A stretch of DNA of 64,000 nt. Source: Spirochaetia bacterium. Lineage in GTDB: Bacteria > Spirochaetota > Spirochaetia > SZUA-6 > Bin103. Below are positions 1-9,026 of the stretch, piece after piece. The DNA is taken from positions 5,440,001-5,504,000 of the forward strand of contig CBDBDQ010000005.1 in NCBI GenBank assembly GCA_965203905.1, given 5' to 3'. The notes under the pieces are model-generated. The model made no database searches. It was not told where the DNA came from and saw nothing but the letters and a program-made list of their open reading frames with translations. The stretch's first letter is position 1. Each line of letters starts with the position of its first letter. The position numbers and the translations under genes were made by a program.

Positions 1-577
1 AGATGATGGTGGCCACGTCATCGGGCGTTCCCTTGGCTACCTCGGCGCGAAACAGCGCCTCCTGCTGTCCCTGCTCGCCGCCGGCGCGGACCAAGTCCTC
101 CAGGGTGAGCACGTTCAGCCCGTGCCCCTGTGCCTGCTGGCGCGCGGCGTTGGTGAGCTCCGTGGTATCCAGCACGATGGCGGTGGCGAGCTCCGGCAGC
201 CGCTCCTTGATGCCGGCCAGCTTGGCCAGCTGGGCGGCGTTCTCGACGCAGGAGGTCTTGCAGTCGGCGTGGCCCAGGATGTAGGCGATCTCGTCGCCCG
301 TGGAGTCGCTGCCGCGCGGCACGTCCACGGCACCCAGCCCGAGCAGCGCCTGGTCGATCAGCAGCCACTCCTTGCGCGTGTCGCAGATCAATCCCACGTG
401 ATCGCCGCGGGCCACCCCGTTGGCCGCCAGGCCGGCCGCCACCGTGGCTATCTCGGACAGGAGTGCCTGGAATCCGGTGGGCTGGAAGGTGTCTTCGGCA
501 TCCTTGCTGAGCACCGCGACGGCATCGCGGTGGGTCTCGACGACGCGCAGAAGGCGCTGGGAAACGGTATCCGACAT
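1..577 (-). CDS. fadD: Long-chain fatty acid-CoA/ACP ligase (AMP-binding, FadD-like), N-terminal part; runs off the window edge
   Basis: Not in the ORF track. Hand translation from ATG at 577 gives MSDTVSQRLLRVVETHRDAVAVLSK...VAAGLAANGVARGDHVGLICDTRKEWLLIDQALLGLGAVDVPRGSDSTGDEIAYILGHADC...DDVATII, typical of long-chain acyl-CoA synthetases just before the YTSG motif. Confidence 0.88.
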   Translation of the reverse strand, partial: MSDTVSQRLLRVVETHRDAVAVLSKDAEDTFQPTGFQALLSEIATVAAGLAANGVARGDHVGLICDTRKEWLLIDQALLGLGAVDVPRGSDSTGDEIAYILGHADCKTSCVENAAQLAKLAGIKERLPELATAIVLDTTELTNAARQQAQGHGLNVLTLEDLVRAGGEQGQQEALFRAEVAKGTPDDVATII

Positions 578-579
578 GG

Positions 580-1011
580 TTATGCTCCGCGTAGACACAG
601 CCACTCCGCTTCGGCTGCCAACTCGTCACCGACGTACACCTTGCCGCTCTGCCTGATGGCATTGGCACTGCGCCGCCGGGTCGTGACCACGATGCGCGCC
701 TCGTCTCCGGGGCGCACCTGACGCCGAAACTTGGCTTTTTCGATGCTGGCCAGAAAGGTCACCTTGGCCTCATCATCGGCGCCGTCCTCGCCGGCGCCCA
801 GGGCGGCCACGCCGGCACCGCCACACTGCGCCATGCACTCCACCAGCAGGACCCCGGGCACCACCGGGTAGGAAGGAAAGTGGCCGGCGAAGAACGGCTC
901 GTCGGCAGCGAACCGCTTGTAGCCCACGATCTCCTCGGCATCGGCGCGTTCGATCCGGTCCACCAGCAGGAACGGGTGGCGGTGGGGAATCAGCTCGGTG
1001 ATCGGCTGCAT
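580..1011 (-). CDS. fabZ: 3-hydroxyacyl-ACP dehydratase
   Basis: IPHRHPFLLVDRI, FFAGHFPSYPVVPGVLLVE, KFRRQVRPGD motifs; 143 aa. Confidence 0.93.
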   Translation of the reverse strand: MQPITELIPHRHPFLLVDRIERADAEEIVGYKRFAADEPFFAGHFPSYPVVPGVLLVECMAQCGGAGVAALGAGEDGADDEAKVTFLASIEKAKFRRQVRPGDEARIVVTTRRRSANAIRQSGKVYVGDELAAEAEWLCLRGA

Positions 1012-1014
1012 GAC

Positions 1015-2256
1015 TCAGATGATCCCCAGTGCGCGCGCTTGCGTGGCACACACTTCCAGTGCGCGGTCCAGCTCGTCGTCGCTGTGAATCGCCATGTAGG
1101 AGGTGCGAATCAGCGCACTGCCGGGCGGCACCGCCGGACTCACCACGGGGTTGGTATACAGGCCGTTATCCATGAGCGCGCGGTAGAACTGAAAGGTCAG
1201 GGCATCGTCGCCGATGATCAGCGGCACGATCGGCGTCTCGGTGTCGCCCACGTCGAAGCCCAGGCGCTTGAACTCGCGGATCATCCGCTGCCCGATGGCC
1301 TGCAGGCGCTGGGTGTGATGGGGCTCTTCCTTCATGATGCGCAGGGCCGTGGACACCGCGGCGATGGTGGCGGGCGGCATGCTCGCGCTGAAGATGAACG
1401 AGCGCGCGTTGTGCTTGATATGGTCGACCACGTCCGCCTCGCCGGCGATGAAGCCGCCCACGGCGCCGAACGACTTGGAGAAGGTGCACATCAGGACGTC
1501 GGCCGCGTCGTAGCAGTCGAAGTGCTCCTGGGAGCCGCGGCCGGTGGCGCCGATCACGCCCAGGGAGTGGGCTTCATCCACGTACAGGCGGGCGCCGTAG
1601 CGGCGCGCCAGCTCGCCCAGCTCCGGCAGCGGTGCGATGTCGCCGTCCATGGAGAATACGCCGTCGGTGACGATCAACTTGCCGCCCCCGTCGTCCACGC
1701 CGCGCAGCAGGCGCTCCAGGTCCTCCAGATCGTTGTGATGATAGCGGTGGATGCGGGCGCCGCCGACGGTAATGCCGGCGGCCAGGAACATGCCGTCCAT
1801 CAGCGAGCCGTGGTTGAGACGGTCGGAGAACACGTGGTCGTGGCGTCCGACCAGGGCCTGCAGCGCTCCCAGGTTGGTCTGATAGCCGGTGGTGAACGAC
1901 AGCGCCGCGGGCTTGCTCACGAACTCCGCCAGCTCGGCCTCCAGCTCTTCGTGCAGCAGCAACGTGCCGTTCAGGAAGCGCGAGCCGGAACAGCTCGTGC
2001 CATATCGGCGGGTGGCTTCGATCGCCGCCTCGATGACGCGCTCATCCCACGACAGGCCGAGATAGTTGTTGGATCCGATCATGATCAACTCGCGGCCGTC
2101 GATGATCACGCGTGAACCGAGGTTCTCCTGGATGGCGGTGTAGTAGGGATAGAAGCCGATTGCTTTCACCCGCTCCGCCTTGTACTGGGCGTAGGCGCGT
2201 ACTTTCTGGAACAGGTCGGTGGTCGCGTCGCTCGCGGGTGCTTGCTGCATCGTCAT
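1015..2256 (-). CDS. PLP-dependent alpha-oxoamine synthase, most similar to bacterial serine palmitoyltransferase
   Basis: GSNNYLGL, GSRFLNGT, TDGVFSMDGD, DEAHS, TFSKS (PLP lysine), KHNARSFIFSASMPP, NPVVSPAVP; N-terminal G.YPY segment as in Bacteroidota-type SPT. Confidence 0.8.
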   Translation of the reverse strand: MTMQQAPASDATTDLFQKVRAYAQYKAERVKAIGFYPYYTAIQENLGSRVIIDGRELIMIGSNNYLGLSWDERVIEAAIEATRRYGTSCSGSRFLNGTLLLHEELEAELAEFVSKPAALSFTTGYQTNLGALQALVGRHDHVFSDRLNHGSLMDGMFLAAGITVGGARIHRYHHNDLEDLERLLRGVDDGGGKLIVTDGVFSMDGDIAPLPELGELARRYGARLYVDEAHSLGVIGATGRGSQEHFDCYDAADVLMCTFSKSFGAVGGFIAGEADVVDHIKHNARSFIFSASMPPATIAAVSTALRIMKEEPHHTQRLQAIGQRMIREFKRLGFDVGDTETPIVPLIIGDDALTFQFYRALMDNGLYTNPVVSPAVPPGSALIRTSYMAIHSDDELDRALEVCATQARALGII

Positions 2257-2340
2257 CGATTAAGCCTGACGGCATTGTGGTACACCGTATGCAACCGGAT
2301 GTAAAGCTCAGCGTCGCGAGTGGACCGTGCGCCCTGGGTG

Positions 2341-3027
2341 TCAGCCGGGCACGGGCTCACGCCTGGCCAGCGTGCGGAAGAGTTGCTCGAATTCGGGTTC
2401 GTCCCAGCTCCGGGTGCCGATGATGCGGGCCAGGATCGATCCGTCCTTGTCGATGATGTAGCTCATGGGCAGGGTGCGCGCGCCGTAGGTGGCGGCGATT
2501 TCGCCGCTGCTGTCCAGCAGGATCCGGAACGAGAGCTCCAACTCGTCTGCGAAGCCCCGCACCCGTGCGGCGTCCTCCTGCAGGTTGACCGCTATCATGG
2601 CGAACTCCGCCGTGTCGGCGAGACGTTCGTGCAGTGCCTGCATGGCCGGCATTTCGATCCGGCACGGCGCGCACCAGGTTGCCCAGAAGTTGAGGAACAC
2701 CACCGAACCGCGGTAGGAGTCGAGCGAGTGGGTGGTGCCGGCGAGATCCTGCAGATCGAAGCCCACCGCCTGTACCGCGCGGCGCGGCAACTGGAAGCCC
2801 AGTTCCTGCATCAGTGCGTCGATCGTGGCGCCGGCGCTGGGGCTGTCGCCGGCGTCGGGAACGGTGGTGGCGGCAGGCGCGGGCGGCGCTGCGCCGGGCA
2901 CCTGCTCCCTGGCCGCCTCGCGGCGTCCGAACGCCGTGGCAGTGGCGCCGGCGAGGCACACCGCGAGCAGCGCAAGCGCCAGCGTGCGCGAGGCGCCGGG
3001 CGGCCGTCGGATCGGGGGCCGATTCAT
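2341..3027 (-). CDS. TlpA/ResA-family thiol-disulfide oxidoreductase
   Basis: VVFLNFWATWCAPCRIEMP, LPMSYIID; N-terminal signal/TM segment; start chosen at MNRPP. Confidence 0.9.
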   Translation of the reverse strand: MNRPPIRRPPGASRTLALALLAVCLAGATATAFGRREAAREQVPGAAPPAPAATTVPDAGDSPSAGATIDALMQELGFQLPRRAVQAVGFDLQDLAGTTHSLDSYRGSVVFLNFWATWCAPCRIEMPAMQALHERLADTAEFAMIAVNLQEDAARVRGFADELELSFRILLDSSGEIAATYGARTLPMSYIIDKDGSILARIIGTRSWDEPEFEQLFRTLARREPVPG

Positions 3028-3115
3028 GGCGTTGGGACGGTGCGCCCAGGCGCGACGTCCGCAACCTGGTTCGAAGCATTGCATCGATCGTGTGGCATCG
3101 ATAGTAACGGAGCGC

Positions 3116-3808
3116 TCAGGCCGCGAACAAGGTGCCGGTCAGCACCGCCAGGTTGAAGGCGGCGTGGGCCCAGGCGAGGCGGTGTACGGAAGGGCGGTGG
3201 CGGTAGAGGAGGGCGAAGGCGACACCGATCAGCAGGGCGGTGACCGCGGCCAGCCAGCCCTGATACAGGTGACCGAGGGCGAACAGCAGGGCCGAGGTCA
3301 GCACCGCCAGCCACGGCGGAGTGGCGATCTCGTCCAGCACGGTGAGGAGGTAGGCCCGGAAGTAGAGCTCTTCGCGGTAGGCGCTGATCAGCACGAAACC
3401 CAGCGCCAGTGGCACCTGTGCCACGCCCTGCAGCTCCCAGCGATAGCCGCGCAGGAGCGACTCCCGCAACGGATCGGGCAGGGCGCCGGCCAGCAGTGAC
3501 GCCAGCGCCAGCGCAGCTACGATTCCGGCCGCGATGATGCCGGCCTCCGCGGCGTCACGGCCGTGGAACCGCCAGCGGAATCGCCTGCGGCCGCGATCGC
3601 GCAGCATGACCAGCACCAGCACGCCGCTCTGCAAGGCGGCCAGCGCCCCCGCGCTGACCAGCGTGCGCGGTACGCCGAGCCAACCGACCGGCAGCAGCAC
3701 CAGCAGGTACAGCAGGGCCAGCCGTCCCAGTGCCGCCGCCGGAGCGCGCGCGGAGGGAGTCGGCGGCACAGGTCCGGCCGCGGACCCCGAACCGTCGCGG
3801 GAGCGCAT
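3116..3808 (-). CDS. CPBP (CAAX/Abi) intramembrane metalloprotease
   Basis: EELYFR, FALGHLYQG, HAAFN motifs; hydrophobic. Confidence 0.9.
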   Translation of the reverse strand: MRSRDGSGSAAGPVPPTPSARAPAAALGRLALLYLLVLLPVGWLGVPRTLVSAGALAALQSGVLVLVMLRDRGRRRFRWRFHGRDAAEAGIIAAGIVAALALASLLAGALPDPLRESLLRGYRWELQGVAQVPLALGFVLISAYREELYFRAYLLTVLDEIATPPWLAVLTSALLFALGHLYQGWLAAVTALLIGVAFALLYRHRPSVHRLAWAHAAFNLAVLTGTLFAA

Positions 3809-3914
3809 GTGGCGCCATCATACCCGCTGGCGATCGGGCGCGCAGAGTGCCAGCCGACGGCGGCGGGCCAGGCAGACCAAAAAAGCGGCGGCGGAGTTCG
3901 GGCCGTTAAGAACG

Positions 3915-5339
3915 ATGATGGCTGGCGTATTCGCGCACACCCGTGCCGAACCGGCGCTAGTGGTGGCCGCCGCTGCGGTGGCGTATCTGCTGGCGGCCGC
4001 GCATGTCCTGCCCGCTACGGTGAGCGTGGGCGCGGCGCTGCTGCTGGCGGCGCCTGCACTGCTGACCGCCGCCGCTGCCGTGGCGGCGCCGGCGCGGTGG
4101 CGTGGGCGCTGGCTGCTGCTGGCGGCCGCCGCCGGCTGCGCACTGGCGGGCGGCCTGGAGTTGGGCACCCGCCTGTGGCACGCCGGCGGCGGGGCCGGGC
4201 TGCCGCTGGCCGTCGTGGACCAGCTGCACGGGGTGCTGGTCAGGGACGACCGCCCGCGGGGTGCCGCCGCCGGTTACCGCGTTGCGGTGGACCGGGTGGC
4301 GTCCACGCGCCTGGCGGCGCAGGCATCGGCCCGCTTTACCGCCGAACTCACGCTCTCCGTTGCCGGATCCGAACGCGGCTACCGCGGCCGCCGGGTAGTG
4401 GTGAGCGGCGTGACGCTGCATGGCCGGGCTCCGGGCCGCATCGCGGTCTCGGGCGGTGGCCAGCTCACCCTGGCTTCCTACGTGGGGCCGGTGGCCGCCG
4501 TTCGCGCCCGGGCCCGCGCCGCCGTCGAGCGGATGGTGCTGGACCAGGGAGGCCCCGGCGCCGCTCTGCTGCTCGCCCTGCTGCTGGGTGACCGCCATCA
4601 CCTGCGGGCGGAGGAAGTGGAGGCGTTTCGGCGTGCCGGCGCGCTCCACCTGCTGGCGCTGTCGGGACTCCACGTGGGGTTGGTGTATGCGCTGGCCGCC
4701 GCCCTGGGCCGCGGTCTCGGCACGGCCGGCATGCTGCTGGCGCCACGTTGGCAGCGCGGATGGCTGGCCCTGGCCGCGGCGGTCGGCGTGGGCGCGGTGT
4801 TCCTGTACGTGGAGCTGGCCGGCACCCGTCCCTCGCTGGCGCGGGCCACCGTGATGCTGGCGCTGGCGCGGCTGGCGGCCGGCGCGGGCCGTCCGACGCG
4901 CTCCCTCAACGTGCTCGCGCTGTCCGCCATCGTGGTGGTGGCGACCGATCCGCGGGCGGTGCAGGAGCTTTCGTTCCAGCTCTCCTATGCGGCCCTGTTC
5001 GGCATCCTGCAGCTCGGTCCATGGACCGCGCGGCGCCTTCCGGGGTGGCTGCCGCCTGCGCTGCGCTCGGCCGTGGGAATGGCGGTGGGGGCACAGGCGG
5101 CGACCCTGCCGCTGGTGCTCGCCGTGTTCGGCCGGGTGCATCCAATCGGCGTGGTGTCGGGTCTGGTGATGGTGCCGTACACGGCGCTGTTCCTGTGGAG
5201 CGGCATCGCCTGCCTGGCGCTGTCCGAGCTGAGCCGGGGCGCAATGCAGCCGCTCACCCACGACCTGCTGCACCTGTTGTATAGTGGGCTCACGATGCTC
5301 AACGATCTGTTCGGGCAGGTACCGGGTATCCGCTGGTGA
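3915..5339 (+). CDS. comEC: ComEC/Rec2 competence-domain membrane protein, short form without beta-lactamase domain
   Basis: ALLLGDR, FRRAGALHLLALSGLHVG, SFQLSY; overlaps the rsmA start (GTGA); start approximate. Confidence 0.88.
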   Translation: MMAGVFAHTRAEPALVVAAAAVAYLLAAAHVLPATVSVGAALLLAAPALLTAAAAVAAPARWRGRWLLLAAAAGCALAGGLELGTRLWHAGGGAGLPLAVVDQLHGVLVRDDRPRGAAAGYRVAVDRVASTRLAAQASARFTAELTLSVAGSERGYRGRRVVVSGVTLHGRAPGRIAVSGGGQLTLASYVGPVAAVRARARAAVERMVLDQGGPGAALLLALLLGDRHHLRAEEVEAFRRAGALHLLALSGLHVGLVYALAAALGRGLGTAGMLLAPRWQRGWLALAAAVGVGAVFLYVELAGTRPSLARATVMLALARLAAGAGRPTRSLNVLALSAIVVVATDPRAVQELSFQLSYAALFGILQLGPWTARRLPGWLPPALRSAVGMAVGAQAATLPLVLAVFGRVHPIGVVSGLVMVPYTALFLWSGIACLALSELSRGAMQPLTHDLLHLLYSGLTMLNDLFGQVPGIRW

Positions 5340-6232
5340 ACCACAACTCGCCGGCCGAGGTACGCGCCGCGCTGCGGCGCCTCGGCGTGGAGCCGAAGAA
5401 ACGCTGGGGCCAGAACTTCATGCTCAACCCACGCACCAGGAGCAAGCTGGTGACCACGCTGGGGCCGCGGGCCGGGGACACCGTGTGGGAGATAGGGCCC
5501 GGGCTCGGCGCCGTGACCGGCGAGTTGCTGCCGCGCTGTGCGCGACTGGTGCTGTTCGAGATCGACCATGGCCTGATCCGGCATCTGCAGAAGGAGCTGG
5601 CGGACCATGCTCACGTGGCAATCGTGCCGGGAGACTTTCTGCGTACCTGGCAGCAGGCCCGCGCCGAGCATGGTCGGCCGGATCGGATCATCGGCAACCT
5701 GCCCTACAGTTGCTCATCCGCGATCATCGCCGCGCTGGTGCAGCACGATGCCATTCCCGCGAACTGTGTGTTCACCGTCCAGCGCGAACTGGCCGAGCGG
5801 CTCGTGGCAACCCCGGGTACGCGCAACTACTCCTCGCTTTCGGTGCTGTGCCAGTGTCTCAGCAAGATCTCGGCGCATGGCGATCTGGCGCCGGGAACCT
5901 TTTATCCCGTGCCGGAGGTGACCTCGGCCGTCATCGAGCTGCGCCCCCGCACAGACAATCGCCGAGTGAGCAATCGCTCCGTGTTGTTCGCGCTGATCCG
6001 CGCGGCGTTCCAGACGCGGCGCAAGACCCTGCGCAACAATCTGCTGTCGCAGGGCGGCTTCGGGCTGAGCAAGGGAGAGCTTCTGGATGCGGTGGAAGCC
6101 GCCCGCGTGGATGCCGGCTGTCGGGCCGAGGAGCTGGCCCCCGCCACCGTCATCCGGCTGGCGAATGCGCTGGCCGCGGCAGGAGCGGTGGTGGAAGCCG
6201 TGGACCCGCTCGCCGAGGAAGCTCCAGACTGA
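5336..6232 (+). CDS. rsmA: 16S rRNA adenine dimethyltransferase
   Basis: KKRWGQNFM, EIGPGLG, GNLPY, FYPVPEVTS, RRKTLRNNL. Confidence 0.96.
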   Translation: MNHNSPAEVRAALRRLGVEPKKRWGQNFMLNPRTRSKLVTTLGPRAGDTVWEIGPGLGAVTGELLPRCARLVLFEIDHGLIRHLQKELADHAHVAIVPGDFLRTWQQARAEHGRPDRIIGNLPYSCSSAIIAALVQHDAIPANCVFTVQRELAERLVATPGTRNYSSLSVLCQCLSKISAHGDLAPGTFYPVPEVTSAVIELRPRTDNRRVSNRSVLFALIRAAFQTRRKTLRNNLLSQGGFGLSKGELLDAVEAARVDAGCRAEELAPATVIRLANALAAAGAVVEAVDPLAEEAPD

Positions 6233-6286
6233 CGGGCCGGCGGATCGACGCGCTGGCGATCGGTCCGCTGGCCGTGACGTTGGGGG

Positions 6287-7165
6287 TCAGTCCAGGCCGT
6301 ACTCATCCAGCACGGTGCGCAGCTTCGCCTTGGCCGAATCGGTGAGGGGAGTCATCGGCAGGCGGTAGCTCTCTTCGAGCAGGCCGGCCAGGTGCATCGC
6401 GCCCTTGAGCGGGATGGGATTGGTGTCCAGGCCCATGAGGGCACTGATCACCGGCAGCAATTCGTAGTGGACGGCGCGTGCGCCCGCGGTATCGCCGGCC
6501 AGCATGCAGTCCACCAGCGCCACCATCCGCTCCGGCAGCAGGTTGCTGGTGACCGAGATCACGCCGTTGCCTCCCAGGGCCATCAGGGGCAGGGTGATTT
6601 CGTCGTCCCCGGACAGCACCGTGAATCCCTCCGGCCGCTGCCGGATCAGATCCATCATCTGCTTGAAGTCGCCGCTGGCCTCCTTGACCCCGACGATGTT
6701 GGGGTGCTCGGCCAGCGCCAGCATGGTCTCGTTGTCGATGTTCTTGCCGGTGCGTCCGGGGATGTTGTAGACGACGATGGGCAGATCCACGCTGTCGGCG
6801 ATGAGCTGGAAGTGACGCAGGAAGCCGCTGGGCGAAGGCTTGTTGTAGTAGCCGGCAACGTGCAGGCTGGCCTCGGCGCCTACCTCCTTGGCCAGCCTGG
6901 TGTGCTCCAGTGCCTCGACCGTGTTGTTGGAGCCGCAGCCGGCGATCACCGGCACCCGACCGGCGGCCTGCTCCACCACCAGCCGGATCACCTCGTGATG
7001 TTCGTCGTTGGTCAGCGTCGGACTCTCGCCGGTGGTGCCGACCGGAACCAGGCCGGTGATGCCGGCGGCGATCTGCCGCTCCACCAGCGCCTTCAGAGTG
7101 TCCCGGTCCAACTCACCCGACGCCGTGAACGGCGTCACCAATGCGGTAAAGGTTCCTTCGAACAT
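6287..7165 (-). CDS. dapA: 4-hydroxy-tetrahydrodipicolinate synthase
   Basis: ALVTPF, GTTGES, YNIPGRTG, GVKEASG, TNPIPLK. Confidence 0.96.
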   Translation of the reverse strand: MFEGTFTALVTPFTASGELDRDTLKALVERQIAAGITGLVPVGTTGESPTLTNDEHHEVIRLVVEQAAGRVPVIAGCGSNNTVEALEHTRLAKEVGAEASLHVAGYYNKPSPSGFLRHFQLIADSVDLPIVVYNIPGRTGKNIDNETMLALAEHPNIVGVKEASGDFKQMMDLIRQRPEGFTVLSGDDEITLPLMALGGNGVISVTSNLLPERMVALVDCMLAGDTAGARAVHYELLPVISALMGLDTNPIPLKGAMHLAGLLEESYRLPMTPLTDSAKAKLRTVLDEYGLD

Positions 7166-7260
7166 AGTCTGCCTCCTCGGCGCGAAACCGGTTGTCGCCT
7201 GCGGGTACCCAGCCTAATCCGGGGACGGCTCGGCGGCAACCCGGCGCGCTCTTCAGCTCT

Positions 7261-8016
7261 TCAGCCCACCATTTCGTTGATCAGGTCGTCGATGTCGTAG
7301 ATGCCGGTCTTGCGCGGCTCGGCCGTGAGCCAGGCGGCGCCGCGCAACGCCCCGGCAGCCAGCGCGGCCCGCCCGCGCGCCCGGTGGGTCAGCTCGATGG
7401 TGTCGTCGAGGGAATCGAACACCAGCGTATGGGTGCCGGGGTCTTCGCCGCCGCGCACCGCGGCCACGTGCAGCTCGTCGGCGTCGATCTGGCGGTCCAG
7501 GCGTTCGGTCGCCACCCGCGCCTTGCGCGAGCTGGAGCCCAGCACCGCCTGCGCCAGGCTGAGGGCGGTGCCGGACGGCGAGTCCGCCTTACGCCGGTGG
7601 TGGCGCTCGAAGATGGCCAGGTCGTAGTCGTCGAACGGGTCCAGGAGGGCCGTGGCGTGCGCCGCCAGGCGCATGAACAGTTGCACCCCCAGGGAGAAGT
7701 TGGTGGCGTGCAGGTAGCCGCTGGAGCCGCCGGCGACGATGGCGCTCACCTGGTCCAGCCGCTCGCCCCAGCCGGTGGTGCCGACCACGGCGCTGAGACC
7801 GAACTCGACGTAGCGGCGGGCATTCTCGACCACGCCCTCGGCGCTGCTGAATTCGATGGCGACGTCGGCGCCGGCAGCGACGTCGGCGCTCAGCTCGGTG
7901 GCGTCGGCGTCCTCCGCGACCGGGTCGATGCGCGCCGTTACCTCGTGCCCGGCGGCCAGCGCCGCGTGGCAGGCCTCGCGGCCCATGCGGCCGTAACCGA
8001 CTATGGCGATCCTCAT
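7261..8016 (-). CDS. dapB: 4-hydroxy-tetrahydrodipicolinate reductase
   Basis: GYGRMG, VVGTTGW, NFSLGV, ERHHRRKADSPSGTA. Confidence 0.95.
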   Translation of the reverse strand: MRIAIVGYGRMGREACHAALAAGHEVTARIDPVAEDADATELSADVAAGADVAIEFSSAEGVVENARRYVEFGLSAVVGTTGWGERLDQVSAIVAGGSSGYLHATNFSLGVQLFMRLAAHATALLDPFDDYDLAIFERHHRRKADSPSGTALSLAQAVLGSSSRKARVATERLDRQIDADELHVAAVRGGEDPGTHTLVFDSLDDTIELTHRARGRAALAAGALRGAAWLTAEPRKTGIYDIDDLINEMVG

Positions 8017-8135
8017 GGCCGCCATCATACCCGGCCGCGGCGCTCCGGCCAAGGAAGCGTCATGCCGCCCGGGACGGCGGTGGAGCGGCGCCCAGCGGCG
8101 CCCGGCGCGTCTTGCGGGGGGCGGGACGCGTCCTT

Positions 8136-8906
8136 ATGATGCGGGCCGTGCAGGTGGGCATCTACGGCCTGGGGCGCTTCGGCGTGTTCTGGGCCGGGCA
8201 GTTGGCTCGTCACTTCACCGTATACGCGTACTCGCGCCGCCTCCATCGGCCCCCGGTCGGCGTCCGCATGGTGTCGGAACGCCGTGTCTTGCGCTGTCCG
8301 GTGGTGATTCTGTGCGTCGCCATTTCCGCGCTGGAGGAGGTGGTCGACCGCATCGCCCCGCATCTCGGGCCGCACACCCTGGTCATGGACACCTGCTCCA
8401 TCAAGGGCTTCGCCGCGCGGGTGATGGAGCGCCGGCTGCAACCTCCGGTGCAGATTCTCGCCACCCATCCGATGTTCGGCCCCGACTCGGCACGCAACGG
8501 GATCGCCGGCCAGCCGATGATCCTCTGTCCGGTGCGCATCTCCGGCGCGCTGTTGCGCGAGTGGCAGACGCGCTTTGCGGCCATGGGACTGCGGGTGGTG
8601 ATGATGACGGCGGAGCAGCACGACCGCGAAGCGGCGTTCACCCAGGGCATCACCCATTACCTGGGGCGGGTGCTGGCGGAGATGGGCCTGGGCGAGTCCA
8701 CCATCTCCACCGTCGGCTACCGCAAGCTGCGCGAGATCATGGAGCAGACCTGCAACGACTCGCTGCAGCTGTTCCTCGACCTGCAGCGCTACAACCCGTT
8801 CACCGCCGAGATGAGGGCGCGGCTGGAGGACGCCCTGAGCGCGGTACGCTCCCAGCTCGACACCCCGCCCGACCACCGGTCTCCCCACCATCGTTCATCG
8901 CGTTGA
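8136..8906 (+). CDS. tyrA: Prephenate/arogenate dehydrogenase
   Basis: GLGRFG, DTCSIK, THPMFGP, EQHDREAAFTQGITH. Confidence 0.9.
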   Translation: MMRAVQVGIYGLGRFGVFWAGQLARHFTVYAYSRRLHRPPVGVRMVSERRVLRCPVVILCVAISALEEVVDRIAPHLGPHTLVMDTCSIKGFAARVMERRLQPPVQILATHPMFGPDSARNGIAGQPMILCPVRISGALLREWQTRFAAMGLRVVMMTAEQHDREAAFTQGITHYLGRVLAEMGLGESTISTVGYRKLREIMEQTCNDSLQLFLDLQRYNPFTAEMRARLEDALSAVRSQLDTPPDHRSPHHRSSR

Positions 8907-8911
8907 GCGGG

Positions 8912-8941
8912 TTTACACGGCCACCGCCCCGTATCTACATT
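8912..8941 (+). promoter_or_regulatory. Putative sigma70 promoter of tRNA-Lys
   Basis: TTTACA-N18-TACATT ending 12 nt before the tRNA. Confidence 0.5.
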
Positions 8942-8953
8942 TGCACCCCATCC

Positions 8954-9026
8954 GGGCCGCTAGCTCAGTAGGTAGAGCAACAGCCTTTTAAGCTGTGGGT
9001 CGACGGTTCGAATCCGTCGCGGCTCA
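8954..9026 (+). tRNA. tRNA-Lys(UUU), CCA not encoded
   Basis: Acceptor stem GGGCCGC/GCGGCTC+A, D-arm AGCTCAGTAGGTAGAGC, anticodon stem ACAGC-CTTTTAA-GCTGT, T-loop GGTTCGAATCC. Confidence 0.97.

Noticed and set aside
7166-8135. Lysine riboswitch or T-box near dapB/dapA
   Set aside because: The intergenic gaps are only about 95-120 bp and lack the conserved motifs
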